A stretch of DNA of 64,000 nucleotides from Cyanidioschyzon merolae (lineage: Eukaryota): NCBI GenBank assembly GCA_000091205.1, contig AP006490.2; one strand, given 5' to 3'. Made by a program: the position numbers and the translations under genes. The notes below the pieces were generated by a model. The model ran no database searches and had not been told where the DNA came from. It saw nothing but the letters and a program-made list of their open reading frames with translations. Positions 10,861 through 21,648 of the stretch are shown here, piece after piece (the stretch's first letter is position 1; every line of letters starts with the position of its first letter).

Positions 10861-12960
10861 CTATTCGACGCAAGCAACTCCTTGTATATCCACTGCTCGA
10901 TCCGTGTAAAGACGCTCACAGTACGCGAGGCATTCTACAGTGCTTGGCTGACGAGGCAGTTTCCCATTTTCAGCTGCTGCCTGTAGTTCTTGGCGCAGTC
11001 TTGCGAGCTCGGGACCTGGCAGCAGATTGAAATGGATCGCCATTGTCGTTTGGATACCACGCGGAAGTTCCACAGTGCTACCCGCCCGGTGCGCTTTCTG
11101 TGGGTCCGTAGGCATTGACTGATGTCGCCTTTCCTCTGCAGCAGCGGTAACACGCTCTCGCCACAGCCGATATTGTTCCACGAGTTGCTCTTGATGACAA
11201 TACACAACCTTAGCACCTTGTGCCGGATCGAGAAAAGCTTTCCATTCTAGCTGACCAATGGCGCATACCTGGGGAATTAAGGTTTCCTGCCGAAAGCGCT
11301 GCATTCGCGCCTTGATCCTGGGACTCGGGACCAGTCGGAAGAGACGACGACGTGGATCCCAGAACGATGGTTGATAGAGCATCAGGCAGGAGCCGGGAGC
11401 GCGCCAAAAAACTACTCGATAGGGACCTTCAAGGGCGGCCTCTAACGCTTCTAGGGATAGATGGCCCCGAGCCACAAGGATCCCAGCACCGATGAGCCGC
11501 CGAATCTGATGGAGCACGAACGACTGACCTCGAACACGCACGAGGAGAAAGTCACACCCGTGATCATCCCTGCTCAAAAAGGGCTCTACATGGAAACGGT
11601 AGAGCGTTCGAAGATAATAGGGTCGGCGGAGGCGATCCAGGTGCGCAACGGGATACGCGACCTGCACCATGCGGCGAAACGGCTCCCGCGCTTCCAGCTG
11701 AACGCAGCGTGCATCATCGTGCTCGATAGGAGCCCGCTCCTTGTCCGGATGAATCTCTTGAATGACTTGCTTTGCGATATCCAGTTCTTGTTGAAAGCGT
11801 GATGGCGGGCGTGTCGTTGTGCGGGCTTGCATCGTTCCCTCCATTTCGCCTTGTGCACTGGCGTTGTTCCCGTGTCCATTCTGTGATTCGGATTCGTGAT
11901 GAGGAACTGGTCCATGCGATGATCCATCCGCATCGCTCTGTTCTTGTTCGTTTCCCTGCAAATCTGCACGATTGCGTTTGGCAGCTGCTGCCTGTACGCT
12001 CGCCCCCGAGCCTGATCGATAATGCGCCGCTGGAGATGTTGTACCAAAAAAACCTTGCGCTCGATCATCCCGAAAGCGATGCAGTGATGCGCGCCCCTTC
12101 TCATCATCATCTCGCTCGCATTGCTCGCCAGCCGTCGCATTCATCCATGTCCGGGTAGAAGCATCGGCTTCAGCGCCATCACTGCGGGATTCATGATGAT
12201 CATCTCGATCACAATCGATAGCCTCATCCTCATCGTCATCCCCATCTTCATCGTCGACATCGTCGTCATTGTCATCATCGGCCCCGTCCATGTCGCCGTT
12301 GAGCACTTTCGCTAGCGCATCATGACTCGTCTGCTTCCCGCGTCCTTGGATTCTGCGCTCTTTCCCACTAAAATTATGAAAGCGATGTGTTCCTTCGAAG
12401 CAGCGTAATGCCTGAAGGAATAGGTCCTCGCGTCCATCCAGCACCCAACGCGGCAGCAGGTAATCGTACTCACGCAGGGTGCACGCGGAACGAGCGCGGA
12501 AACCCTTGCTCATGCGTTGGCCCCCGAAAACTCGAATATTTGGTGGCAACTGGGCGTTGAGTCTGTCCACGAAAAGATCAGTTAGTTCGTCATTGCTCGT
12601 GAGGTCGCGTCTGAGGTCCAGTAGCAGTTTTGCCGACACGACATTGGCCACTGCGTGCACGCCCTTGTCGGTACGGGACGCTCGCGACCAGCAGATCTTG
12701 CTCAGTTTCATAAAGTTCAGTTCCGTTACTGCACCAATTCGATAGAGCGCTTGCGCAAGCTCGCCCTCAACGGTGCCATCGCGCAAGTCCACGGCTCTAT
12801 CGCCCGAGCCGGCCTCGTTGGCGGCAGTTGCCACTGGTTGCCGGCGTCGCGGCTCAAGAACCTGTGAGCCACGAAACTCCGTGCCAGCGTACCCGAACCA
12901 TAGGGCAATATTCCTTTTCTTCAAATTGTCTGTGGACTCAGAAGAAGCAGACTCGCTCAT
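10861..12960 (-). CDS. tRNA pseudouridine synthase, TruA/Pus1-Pus3 family, with long acidic insertion (about 700 aa)
   Basis: NIALWFGYAGTEFRGSQ N-terminal motif, catalytic TDKGVHAVANV (Asp in RTDxGVHA), C-terminal FVLHQIRRLIG. Track start 13182 is an ATG but the upstream 74 aa are W/R-rich junk; the ATG at 12960 (MSESASSESTDNLKKRNIALWFGY) is a better start. Includes a poly-acidic DDDNDDDVDDEDGDDDEDE tract. Confidence 0.8.
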   Translation of the reverse strand: MSESASSESTDNLKKRNIALWFGYAGTEFRGSQVLEPRRRQPVATAANEAGSGDRAVDLRDGTVEGELAQALYRIGAVTELNFMKLSKICWSRASRTDKGVHAVANVVSAKLLLDLRRDLTSNDELTDLFVDRLNAQLPPNIRVFGGQRMSKGFRARSACTLREYDYLLPRWVLDGREDLFLQALRCFEGTHRFHNFSGKERRIQGRGKQTSHDALAKVLNGDMDGADDDNDDDVDDEDGDDDEDEAIDCDRDDHHESRSDGAEADASTRTWMNATAGEQCERDDDEKGRASLHRFRDDRAQGFFGTTSPAAHYRSGSGASVQAAAAKRNRADLQGNEQEQSDADGSSHGPVPHHESESQNGHGNNASAQGEMEGTMQARTTTRPPSRFQQELDIAKQVIQEIHPDKERAPIEHDDARCVQLEAREPFRRMVQVAYPVAHLDRLRRPYYLRTLYRFHVEPFLSRDDHGCDFLLVRVRGQSFVLHQIRRLIGAGILVARGHLSLEALEAALEGPYRVVFWRAPGSCLMLYQPSFWDPRRRLFRLVPSPRIKARMQRFRQETLIPQVCAIGQLEWKAFLDPAQGAKVVYCHQEQLVEQYRLWRERVTAAAEERRHQSMPTDPQKAHRAGSTVELPRGIQTTMAIHFNLLPGPELARLRQELQAAAENGKLPRQPSTVECLAYCERLYTDRAVDIQGVACVE

Positions 12961-15900
12961 CGCTGAAAGCCACCGATGAGCAGTGAGCCTGATTGGCCTC
13001 GCTAGCGGGTACCAAAGCCGCTCTGGTTTGCAGCCACTAGTCCCTAACTGCTGGTCTCTGCGTAGCGTACGTGAACCTAGTTGCGTAGCGCTTCGTGTCC
13101 AAGGAAGCGTCCGTCCTCGAGAGAGGCAGCCAATGTCGGAAACACCCCAGGAGGACCAGCAAACCGTCCACAGACGCGGCATACAACGACGACTCGCCCC
13201 GAGTCCGCCACCCTGAAAGGAAGACTATCTAGCGAAGCGCCGCGCTGCAAAGTCGCAGCCGCCGCCAGTTTGGAAGCGTTGGTGCCGTCAGACAGAGCGG
13301 CTTCGCTGCACTGCCGTACTTGGGAGCAGGTACCTTTTTGTCGGGGACTGGGGGTCGCCAGTATTTGGGGACGTGGTAGCGGGCACTGCCGGGTTGACGA
13401 GCTCAGGTTTGCACGGGTGCACTGCAGGGCGGGCGGGCGGGAGGTGCTGTTGAACTGGGGTCCTCCGGGGCACCAGCTGTCGCTCACGCGCTGACAAAGT
13501 TGCTCGGGTGCTAGGAGCTCAGATCTGAACCCAAGTGACCCCAGTGAGAGTCTTTGCTGTCACAGGCAGCCTTTCATTGGACCGGTTGTGGTAAAGAGTG
13601 CGGAATCGAGGGAGGAGTTGGTTTCTGCACCTAGCGCTGTGTGCTGGTGCGGCTGTGGCTGCTCTCTGGCCTGAAAGAGCAGCTTCCGAGCCTTGGATTC
13701 CGGTTGCGGTAGACGATCAATCTGAAGGGCCAAAGACCAGGAGCGTTGTATGTCCAGCTCTGAACAGACTAGAAAACACAGCAGTTCCGTTGCGTTTGTG
13801 CTCGTCATGCAGCTCCTGGAGAGTGCTCGTTGCCTTGGAGCGCCGCATCAGGCGAAACGGTACCCGCCTTTGTGTTTTGGTCCAGAAAACAAGCTCTCTT
13901 TAGACTGAATACGACTTCGAGAGTTCTCTACCTGCAAGCTCGTTGCGGAGAGCTGTCCTTGGTTTCCTTGCCCAGCGGCGCGGTGCGCGAAGCAGATGCT
14001 GATACGGGTCTCGGGTTGGGAGCACTGCAGGCGTGTCGTGGCGGAAACAACTCGGCCTTGCAACAGGCAAAGCCGACACCTCGGCCGGACATTTACATGT
14101 CATGGTATTTCTGAACGCCATGGCAAGCCCAGGTACCCGCGTGGACAAGCATAGATGCGAGTGTTGCGTTCGCAGCCTGGACGGATAGCGACAGGGTCAC
14201 GACGAGCCCCGTGGCGTTCCAACAGCGCTCACGAATGGGAAACACTTTGCGACTCATCTCCGGAGATACCTGTTGTGTCTATCGAAACTGGATATGCTGC
14301 GCGTCCGATTGCGGGCCTCTTCGATTCGGTCCTTGCTTTTTACGATGGACAGCATCCATCGTTCATCAGAGGAAGAAACCGCCAATGTTCACAGCAACAC
14401 ATTGTTTACCGCTTTCTGCTGGGACACCACCGAGTCTGCATCGTGAAGACAGAATCCGCTCGGGCTTGCAATTTGACGGCAAAGCGAGCTGTGGCATAGC
14501 CAGAGCGGGTACAGCGGCGGGCATCGTCTCGTGCCTCGTTTCGCCATGCAGATTCGAAGCGTACGTCCAACGATCTGCTCCATGAGAGACATGCCAAGCA
14601 ACGCCAACAATGACGATGCGCGACTCTTCCCGCTACACTGCACGCGGAGGTCCGCGATTCTGTACAGTGCATTCACCGCTGTCGAGGCGGAAGCATACTA
14701 TGCAGAGAGCCCTGCCCTCATCATCGAGCGGTAGATGCAGCAGCAGCAGCAGCAGCCCTGCTGCACACCTTTCGCAGACAGGGTGCTGTCGGTGTGCGGA
14801 CTTGATCACCACGAGTTGCATACATCCTTGCAGGGTTGGTATTCCCGCCACGAGGCGACTGCTAGAGCACGCGCTCGTTCTAACGAAACGGGAGCGCTAT
14901 CGTGAGCGCACGCGATCCAACATCATCGAGAGCGTTTGTCGGAGCGCCTTCCGTCAGCATGCGCTCCGCTACCCCCTGTAAAGTACCTAACTCATGCCGC
15001 CCCAAATCGTCCATCGTTGGCTATGAGCAGACAGCGCGTCCCATGTGGAGCTTTCTCGGAAAGATCCGGCTCTGCCCAGCTCTCGCGTTCGTGAGATCGT
15101 CCTCGGAGGCATCGAATGAATCTGCGCTTTTCGTCGTCACCGCCTGGACGGATCGCGCTCAGCACAGTCCTTGATATTGCTACATTCAGCGCACTTACGA
15201 TTCTCGTCGTGTCAAAAAAGCGCTTCCGTTTGCAAGACAAATCTTCCTTTCTGTGTGGCCGTCGATACACCGACATTCGACAGCGGCAGCACCATTCGTT
15301 ACATAGGATATGCTCCCAGAGGCTCCCATATCTTCGGTCTGCATGGAAACGCGTCTAGGACTCGGAATTCAGTCCACGTAGTGATTGCATCCAGTGGAGC
15401 GGCTGTCACTGTACAGCACGACGGATGCGTCGATGACTCTAGATTTTCGAACTTGATCTCTCTTCTGGACTTTCATTTCGATACTTTAAAATCTTCATCA
15501 TGAACGACCCCGCGTTCTGCAAAATAATATTCCATTTGGAAAAGAGCGTACGCTTGCACGTCAAGCGGACAGCGTACTCGCCGAGCGCACTCTCCAGCGG
15601 AAGCCGCCATGCTTCGGATACGGCTCCGGAAGCAGAAACGAGGAGGGTTGTCGCGGATAGCCTACTGTAACTGCCAAGAGAAGGTACCGAACGGGTCACA
15701 TCTCCCTATATGACAGCGCTCAGGAGTGGAAGCGGCCTGAAGGATAACCGCACAGATATCTAAGCGCAGTTCCGCGTCACCGCCGTGAAGTCCACGCTGA
15801 TGCTCGATACAAAGCGGAAGAAAACAGCAAGCATATCAAGGATTGCATGTATCGTCTCCACTTGAAATGAGTCGACAATAACCAGAAGCAACGAAATCAG

Positions 15901-16045
15901 GATTGGAACGTTCCCATCAACATACCTCGACTGCCTGCATCGGATGTGAACACAAGGTAGACACTGATGTCTCTTACGCTCGAGACAAAAATAAAAAAGG
16001 AAGCAGTGGCAGAAAAAACGCACCCAAGCTAGTGTTGATGACAAA

Positions 16046-17270
16046 ATTGGCAAGAGATCCAAACATGAGCGTATACGCCCACGATAAGCCCTTGCACCCG
16101 TCGCATACGATCCTCCTGCCAGTTGATCCAGAGGTAAATCCGCATCTTCGAAGGATCAAGGCACGAGAGCGTATACACCCACGATAAGCCCTTGCAACCG
16201 TCGCATACGATCCTCCTGCCAGTTGATCCAGAGGTAAATCCGCATCTTCGAAGGATCAAGGCACGAGAGCGTATACGCCCACGATAAGCCATTGCACCCG
16301 TCGCATACGATCCTCCTGCCAGTTGATCCAGAGGTAAATCCGCATCTTCGAAGGATCAAGGCACGAGAGCGTATACGCCCACGATAAGCCATTGCAACCG
16401 TCGCATACGATGCTCCTACCAGTTGATCCAGAGGTAAATCCGCATCTTCGAAGGATCAAGGCACGAGAGCGTATACGCCCACGATAAGCCATTGCACCCG
16501 TCGCATACGATCCTCCTGCCAGTTGATCCAGAGGTAAATCCGCATCTTCGAAGGATCAAGGCACGAGAGCGTATACGCCCACGATAAGCCATTGCAACCG
16601 TCGCATACGATGCTCCTACCAGTTGATCCAGAGGTAAATCCGCATCTTCGAAGGATCAAGGCACGAGAGCGTATACGCCCACGATAAGCCATTGCACCCG
16701 TCGCATACGATGCTCCTACCAGTTGATCCAGAGGTAAATCCGCATCTTCGAAGGATCAAGGCACGAGAGCGTATACGCCCACGATAAGCCATTGCACCCG
16801 TCGCATACGATGCTCCTACCAGTTGATCCAGAGGTAAATCCGCATCTTCGAAGGATCAAGGCACGAGAGCGTATACGCCCACGATAAGCCATTGCAACCG
16901 TCGCATACGATGCTCCTGCCAGTTGATCCAGAGGTAAATCCGCATCTTCGAAGGATCAAGGCACGAGAGCGTATACGCCCACGATAAGCCATTGCACCCG
17001 TCGCATACGATGCTCCTACCAGTTGATCCAGAGGTAAATCCGCATCTTCGAAGGATCAAGGCACGAGAGCGTATACGCCCACGATAAGCCATTGCAACCG
17101 TCGCATACGATGCTCCTGCCAGTTGATCCAGAGGTAAATCCGCATCTTCGAAGGATCAAGGCACGAGAGCGTATACGCCCACGATAAGCCATTGCAACCG
17201 TCGCATACGATGCTCCTACCAGTTGATCCAGAGGTAAATCCGCATCTTCGAAGGATCAAGGCACGAGAGC
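16046..17270. repeat. tandem satellite, 100-bp unit x ~12; unit contains the perfect palindrome GCGTATACGC
   Basis: Unit gcgtatacgcccacgataagccattgcacccgtcgcatacgatcctcctgccagttgatccagaggtaaatccgcatcttcgaaggatcaaggcacgagag repeats with exact 100-bp phase. The artefactual minus-strand ORFs start at 100-bp multiples (16156, 16256, 16456, 16856, 17056). Copies differ by a few SNPs (c/t, a/c). The array ends 110 bp upstream of the Rad21 ATG. Confidence 0.95.
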
Positions 17271-17316
17271 GCGAAATCGCGCGCCTCTGCCGTTGATCCA
17301 GCGCGGGATTTCGCGC
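17269..17316. promoter_or_regulatory. inverted pair of E2F-type sites (GCGCGAAA ... TTTCGCGC) forming a GC-rich stem-loop, 65-112 bp upstream of the Rad21 ATG
   Basis: gcgcgaaatcgcgcgc (17269-17284) and gcgcgggatttcgcgcgc (17301-17318) are near-perfect reverse complements (about 15-bp stem, 16-nt loop ctctgccgttgatccag). Each arm carries the E2F consensus TTTSSCGC on one strand. Confidence 0.45.
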
Positions 17317-17380
17317 GCTATCGCCCTCATCCCTCGAGGCATTTTCCGTTGTTCTTGTGCTTGTTCTGTGAACGAGAGAA

Positions 17381-19702
17381 ATGTTTTATGCGACCAGTCT
17401 CATCAAACGGCGCAGTTCATTCGCCAAAGTTTGGATTGCAGCAACACTCGGGACCGAACGTCTTCCTCGGTCCTTTCTGATTCGTGTAAGCATTGCTCGT
17501 ATCTGCAGGGAACTGCTAGAGACGATCCATATCAATGCCCTGTCATTGCGACTGGAGGCACTGCTTCTGGTCGGCATTGCGAGAATCTATGAGCGACAGG
17601 TACTACTGTTTTGCACGCTTGCGGAAGATTGGTTTAGCCGGGAGCGGTTACAAGCACGCGTCTGTATACTGTCCACCGATGGACGACAGCACGACGATTC
17701 CGCAGCGGCAGGCGCAGAGGTGGCATCAGATGCTAGTGTCGCTACAGACGCGAATGCCGCGGACGCTGACCAGTTTGCTGCGAGGAATTCGCGAGATACG
17801 CGCTACCTGTTGCACCGGATCGGGGCCAGCAGGCGGAAGCAGCTCTGCGCGCGCTACGGCAGCATCACCTGGGGCCCAGACTCGCGATCCTTGGAGCCGG
17901 TGCCCCAGCAGACGAATGCACCACATACATCTGGTGAATATTTCGCCCATGTTGATGTGCTCTGGCATCTGTACGACTCGGAGCTTTACGGGCGTCACGA
18001 AAGAGCCGCGTTGCTCGCTGCACCCCAGCATGGGTTGGTGGCGACGGCGGCGGCAGCCATGCAACCCTATGAGCTTGCGGCATCTGTTCCCGAAGCCGCC
18101 ACCGAGCCGAGCGGGAGCGTCGAGCGCGCCTGGCCGCTCTCGCCGACACCGTTTCGTGTCAACGACCAGGACACCATTACATTGAGACAGCCGCGAATTG
18201 AGTTTTCGTCTGGCAGTCTGTCGATCATTCCCCAGCTCGATGAACGGGAGAGATTCCCCGAGGACCGCGATGCAAGCGGTGACTCGAGCATCGCTCCCCG
18301 GCGACTATTAGAGGCCCTCGATGCTGCTGCTCTGGCGCTGATCCCAGATGACACAAGTGCACAGACGAATATGGCTCCATTACCCAATCATGGCAATGAA
18401 ACGACTACTGGGCATGCTCAAGACGCACCGCAACGTCTTGTCCCGAATTCGGTGCCAACGAAGGAGCAGCAGGAACGTTTGGGATCGCAACGATCGCTTC
18501 GTCGTCGCAATGCATTGTCGAGCGTAGCCTGTTTGCAGCTTGATGAGCTGGATGCGCTCGCGCTACCACCGAGGCGATTGCAAATGAATATGCATCACAC
18601 ACGGGATCTCGTGCTCGCTTGCCAGCAATCAAATCGCAGCACCAACAGTGCCACTGCAGCGCAAGGTCCCTATCACCAGTCACCGGGCACGGAGGCAGGC
18701 AGTGCTCCAACGCAGTTGCAGCGTCTCACACAGTCTCTCGATGAGAACACATACGTAAGCAACTTGCTCGCGACAAAAGACTTCGTTTATCGATGTCTTA
18801 GCCAAGGTATCTTTGCGGTTGCGGTGGCACGCACCAGCCGCCTCAGAGCTATTTTCGAGGCAGTGCTCCGCCCACATTTCGAAGCACAGCCTCAAAGGCC
18901 AGCTACGGATCCAAAGGACATGCATGGCATGCCACATGCTGGGGAAGAGCGTCATCCGCCACCAGAATCTGAGGACAACGCTCAGCTGCGAGCATCATTG
19001 CCGCAGTCTGCGTCATTTTCTGGAAGCGCTCCGGAGCGATTACGCGGTTATGCTACGGCTGATGGATTCGAGGTGCCCTCACTGGATACAGACACACCAG
19101 GCGCCTACGCGGTTGCCCTTCGTGCAGCCTCATCCGAGCACTCTGCATCGCTGCCGAGAATGACGGTGCCTGATCTGAGGCTATCGGGTGTTCCTGCTGC
19201 GCGGTCTCCATTGGATAGCGGAGACCAATGCTCCCCAGGTTTAGCGATGTCAAGAATACACACAGAACTTATGCCTGTCATGGAGAATGCAGGGCAAGGC
19301 ACATCCCATGCCTCGATAGTGTCCATCGAGGGCGACCGCAGGCCAACCGTAACGCCTCAGTCGTATCGCGAAACACTCATTCGTTGCATCGAGAGGCAGC
19401 GCGCCGGAGACGCCAGCAGTCCAGGTTCATGTCGCTGGGTCAACTTTTCCGCCCTGCTCGGTGCTTTTGTTTCCGCGTTCGACGCCAAAAACGACACACC
19501 AAGCGCACAGAGCACAGAAAATCAAACAAAGCCGTATCCCGCGGCTTGGAGCCGGCCCTGCGCGGCGCTGCTGTTCGCCACCACTTTGAAGCTCGCGACC
19601 ACAGGACAGGTTACCGCCCACCAAACAACGCCGTATGGAAGCATTGCACTGCACTGGAACGGTGACAAGGACCCGGGCACCGCGCCGATTGCGGCGTCCT
19701 AG
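17381..19702 (+). CDS. RAD21: cohesin kleisin subunit Rad21/Scc1 (or meiotic Rec8), 773 aa
   Basis: ATG at 17381. N-terminal MFYATSLIKRRSSFAKVWIAATLG...LRLEALLLVGIARIYERQ matches the Rad21/Rec8 N-terminal domain (MFYxxxxLxKxGPLAxIWLAA...LLGVVRIY). The C-terminus AALLFATTLKLATTGQVTAHQTTPYGSIAL matches the Rad21 C-terminal winged-helix domain. Confidence 0.85.
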   Translation: MFYATSLIKRRSSFAKVWIAATLGTERLPRSFLIRVSIARICRELLETIHINALSLRLEALLLVGIARIYERQVLLFCTLAEDWFSRERLQARVCILSTDGRQHDDSAAAGAEVASDASVATDANAADADQFAARNSRDTRYLLHRIGASRRKQLCARYGSITWGPDSRSLEPVPQQTNAPHTSGEYFAHVDVLWHLYDSELYGRHERAALLAAPQHGLVATAAAAMQPYELAASVPEAATEPSGSVERAWPLSPTPFRVNDQDTITLRQPRIEFSSGSLSIIPQLDERERFPEDRDASGDSSIAPRRLLEALDAAALALIPDDTSAQTNMAPLPNHGNETTTGHAQDAPQRLVPNSVPTKEQQERLGSQRSLRRRNALSSVACLQLDELDALALPPRRLQMNMHHTRDLVLACQQSNRSTNSATAAQGPYHQSPGTEAGSAPTQLQRLTQSLDENTYVSNLLATKDFVYRCLSQGIFAVAVARTSRLRAIFEAVLRPHFEAQPQRPATDPKDMHGMPHAGEERHPPPESEDNAQLRASLPQSASFSGSAPERLRGYATADGFEVPSLDTDTPGAYAVALRAASSEHSASLPRMTVPDLRLSGVPAARSPLDSGDQCSPGLAMSRIHTELMPVMENAGQGTSHASIVSIEGDRRPTVTPQSYRETLIRCIERQRAGDASSPGSCRWVNFSALLGAFVSAFDAKNDTPSAQSTENQTKPYPAAWSRPCAALLFATTLKLATTGQVTAHQTTPYGSIALHWNGDKDPGTAPIAAS

Positions 19703-21648
19703 CGCATCCGAACGAGGCGAAACTTGAGCGGGTTCTCCGTCCTCTGAACCTGCACTTCACCGTTTTCTATCAAATGGAGCAAGATACCGTTGTAGTTCAC
19801 GTCAACAAATCGCAACGTAAACGGAAATTCCTCGTCTTGCTGCGGCTTTCGCCAGAACCACCGTCGAGTTCTCGGGCGCGTCACCCAGGATACCCGCGGC
19901 AAGGGGCTTGTGTTCGCGATCAGGCCAACTGCCTGACAACAGCTACGAAGGAAGCTTTCTTTACTCTTCCCAATATCGAAGACTCGGACGAACTTGGGCG
20001 CTGGTGGTTTCGCCTCGCTATAGATCGTGTCCTCTTCCATATGCAACCTATTTGTCGGGTACGGATAGCGTCAAACGCACGCTCTTACCGTCGAGTCTGT
20101 GATACAAAAGCCTGTCCTTCGAACACTGCAAGCAGCGCAGCAGCAGCGGCGAGCGCAGGGTGCAATCGCCACCTGGGCGACGACGGCGCCGCAGCGCGCT
20201 CGTGTCGAAGCACTCTGCAGTGTAGCTGCAGTAGCAGCACTGCAGCTTAGCAGCAGAGATTTTCTGGACAAAGGCGGAAATGTGCTGCCTGATTAAGTGA
20301 TGGACGCTGCTGACCTAATCGAGCTCGTTGTCGGATCCGAATACGGGGTAAGCTTCGACGCGCACGGTGAACTGCATTCTTTTGGGGTACATGCCTCGGG
20401 CGCAAGATCGTTGCATATAACGAGGGATGAGCGAGTATTTTACTGCTGTCGGCATGAAAGGAAGCGGCTGTCATTCCGTGCCAGACCTCCAGTGCGTGCA
20501 CCAGGTGTGCGGGTGTCCGGATCCGGCACTAGAACAAAAGCTGATGAGGGTCGCACACTCGCTTCCGCCCTAGCGCAGTGATTGAATGAATCTCAGCTGT
20601 TACGCACTTGCCACCTTCTGCTTCATCACCTATGCAGGCTAACGCCCGATACAATCAGCACAATCATGATGATGCTGATGGTGTTGGCAGTCCTGGTTCA
20701 AGAATGTGGCAGCGCAAAGATAATGCGCAGCGGGCTTTCGTCTCTATAAGCTGAACTTTTACGTGTACCTGATCCTGCTCACGAGCCGAATTTGTTGCTA
20801 TTTGCGCGGGCATGCCGCATCACCGTTCCACAGCCCAGGCGTTGCTCGTCCGTAACACTCCATCGTCATCCGAGTCGTAGCACAGCATCTCAACGTCTGC
20901 CGCGGGCTCCCAGTGTCCCGGTCAAACAGCTGTGTCTCTATCCAGAACTGGCTCTATTCAAGAGCGCAAGGATCGCGCCATATCTAAAAACTGTTCCATG
21001 TTCTTTCCAGGCAAACGGCGCCCAGGAAACGCTTTCCAGCCCTTGCCTTGGTCCATAACCCGTGCCTGCGTCGGATCCACAAAAGTCGGCCCCGACGGTA
21101 GGTTCGACTGCGTGGTTGCCGGACGCACCCGCACACCCGGCGCGGCAGCGCCACGTGCCGGCGTCCGCGACCCCGTTTTAGCTGCAGCAGAGGCTGCACT
21201 TCCGCCACTCTTCGCAGCTTTGCCCGAACCAAGACTTACCTTCGGAAGCGACGGAAGAGAGGGTAGTTTACCGGGCAGCTTAGGAAAACCAAGCTTTGGC
21301 AGCTTGATAGCGAACCCCTGGGCAGGAGCGTACCGGCCGCGCAACTGCAGGTCACCGGCGAGTGCCACACCAGCACCCAGAACAAGCGCTGCAGTATTCC
21401 AGTGCGCAGCACTCAAAGCACCTTGTGTGAAGACCGCTGCACTATTCATGACGTATATGAGCAAGAGTCGACGAAACCGCACCCTGTCGATACACAATCG
21501 TCGAAGAGCGCTGCGCGAAGTTCCTTAATGTAGCGATTGAGCTCGCGCTGAGCGCAGCGCTGCCGCCGGAGGTGCACGATCGCGGCGAGCTGCACGCGCT
21601 GTCAACATTCGATGCGGGTGACTGAGGCGCGTTCGCTGCGCGCTGAAC

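Noticed and set aside
16029-17259. Series of 67-87-aa minus-strand ORFs with near-identical peptides (MAYRGRIRSRALILRRCGFTSGSTGR...) that could be mistaken for a multigene family
   Set aside because: They start at exact 100-bp multiples inside the 100-bp satellite, so the repeated peptides are just the repeat unit read in frame. No independent coding evidence. The same applies to ORFs 5142-5853 (94-bp array), 55257-55798 (66-bp array) and 42750-43136 (nonamer microsatellite).
16046-17270. Possibility that the tandem arrays are CRISPR arrays
   Set aside because: Units are contiguous direct repeats with no unique spacers, periods are 66-153 bp, there are no cas genes, and all neighbouring genes are eukaryotic (TAF1, LST8, kleisin, MCM3, squalene epoxidase).
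17535-18185. Large antisense or alternative-frame ORFs overlapping confirmed genes (e.g. 17535-18185 in Rad21, 45952-46437 and 47510-47857 in MCM3, 53115-53954 in the 730-aa gene)
   Set aside because: Typical of GC-rich DNA where stop codons are rare. Products are Arg/Pro/Ser-rich with no domain signal and overlap genes with strong homology on the other frame or strand.
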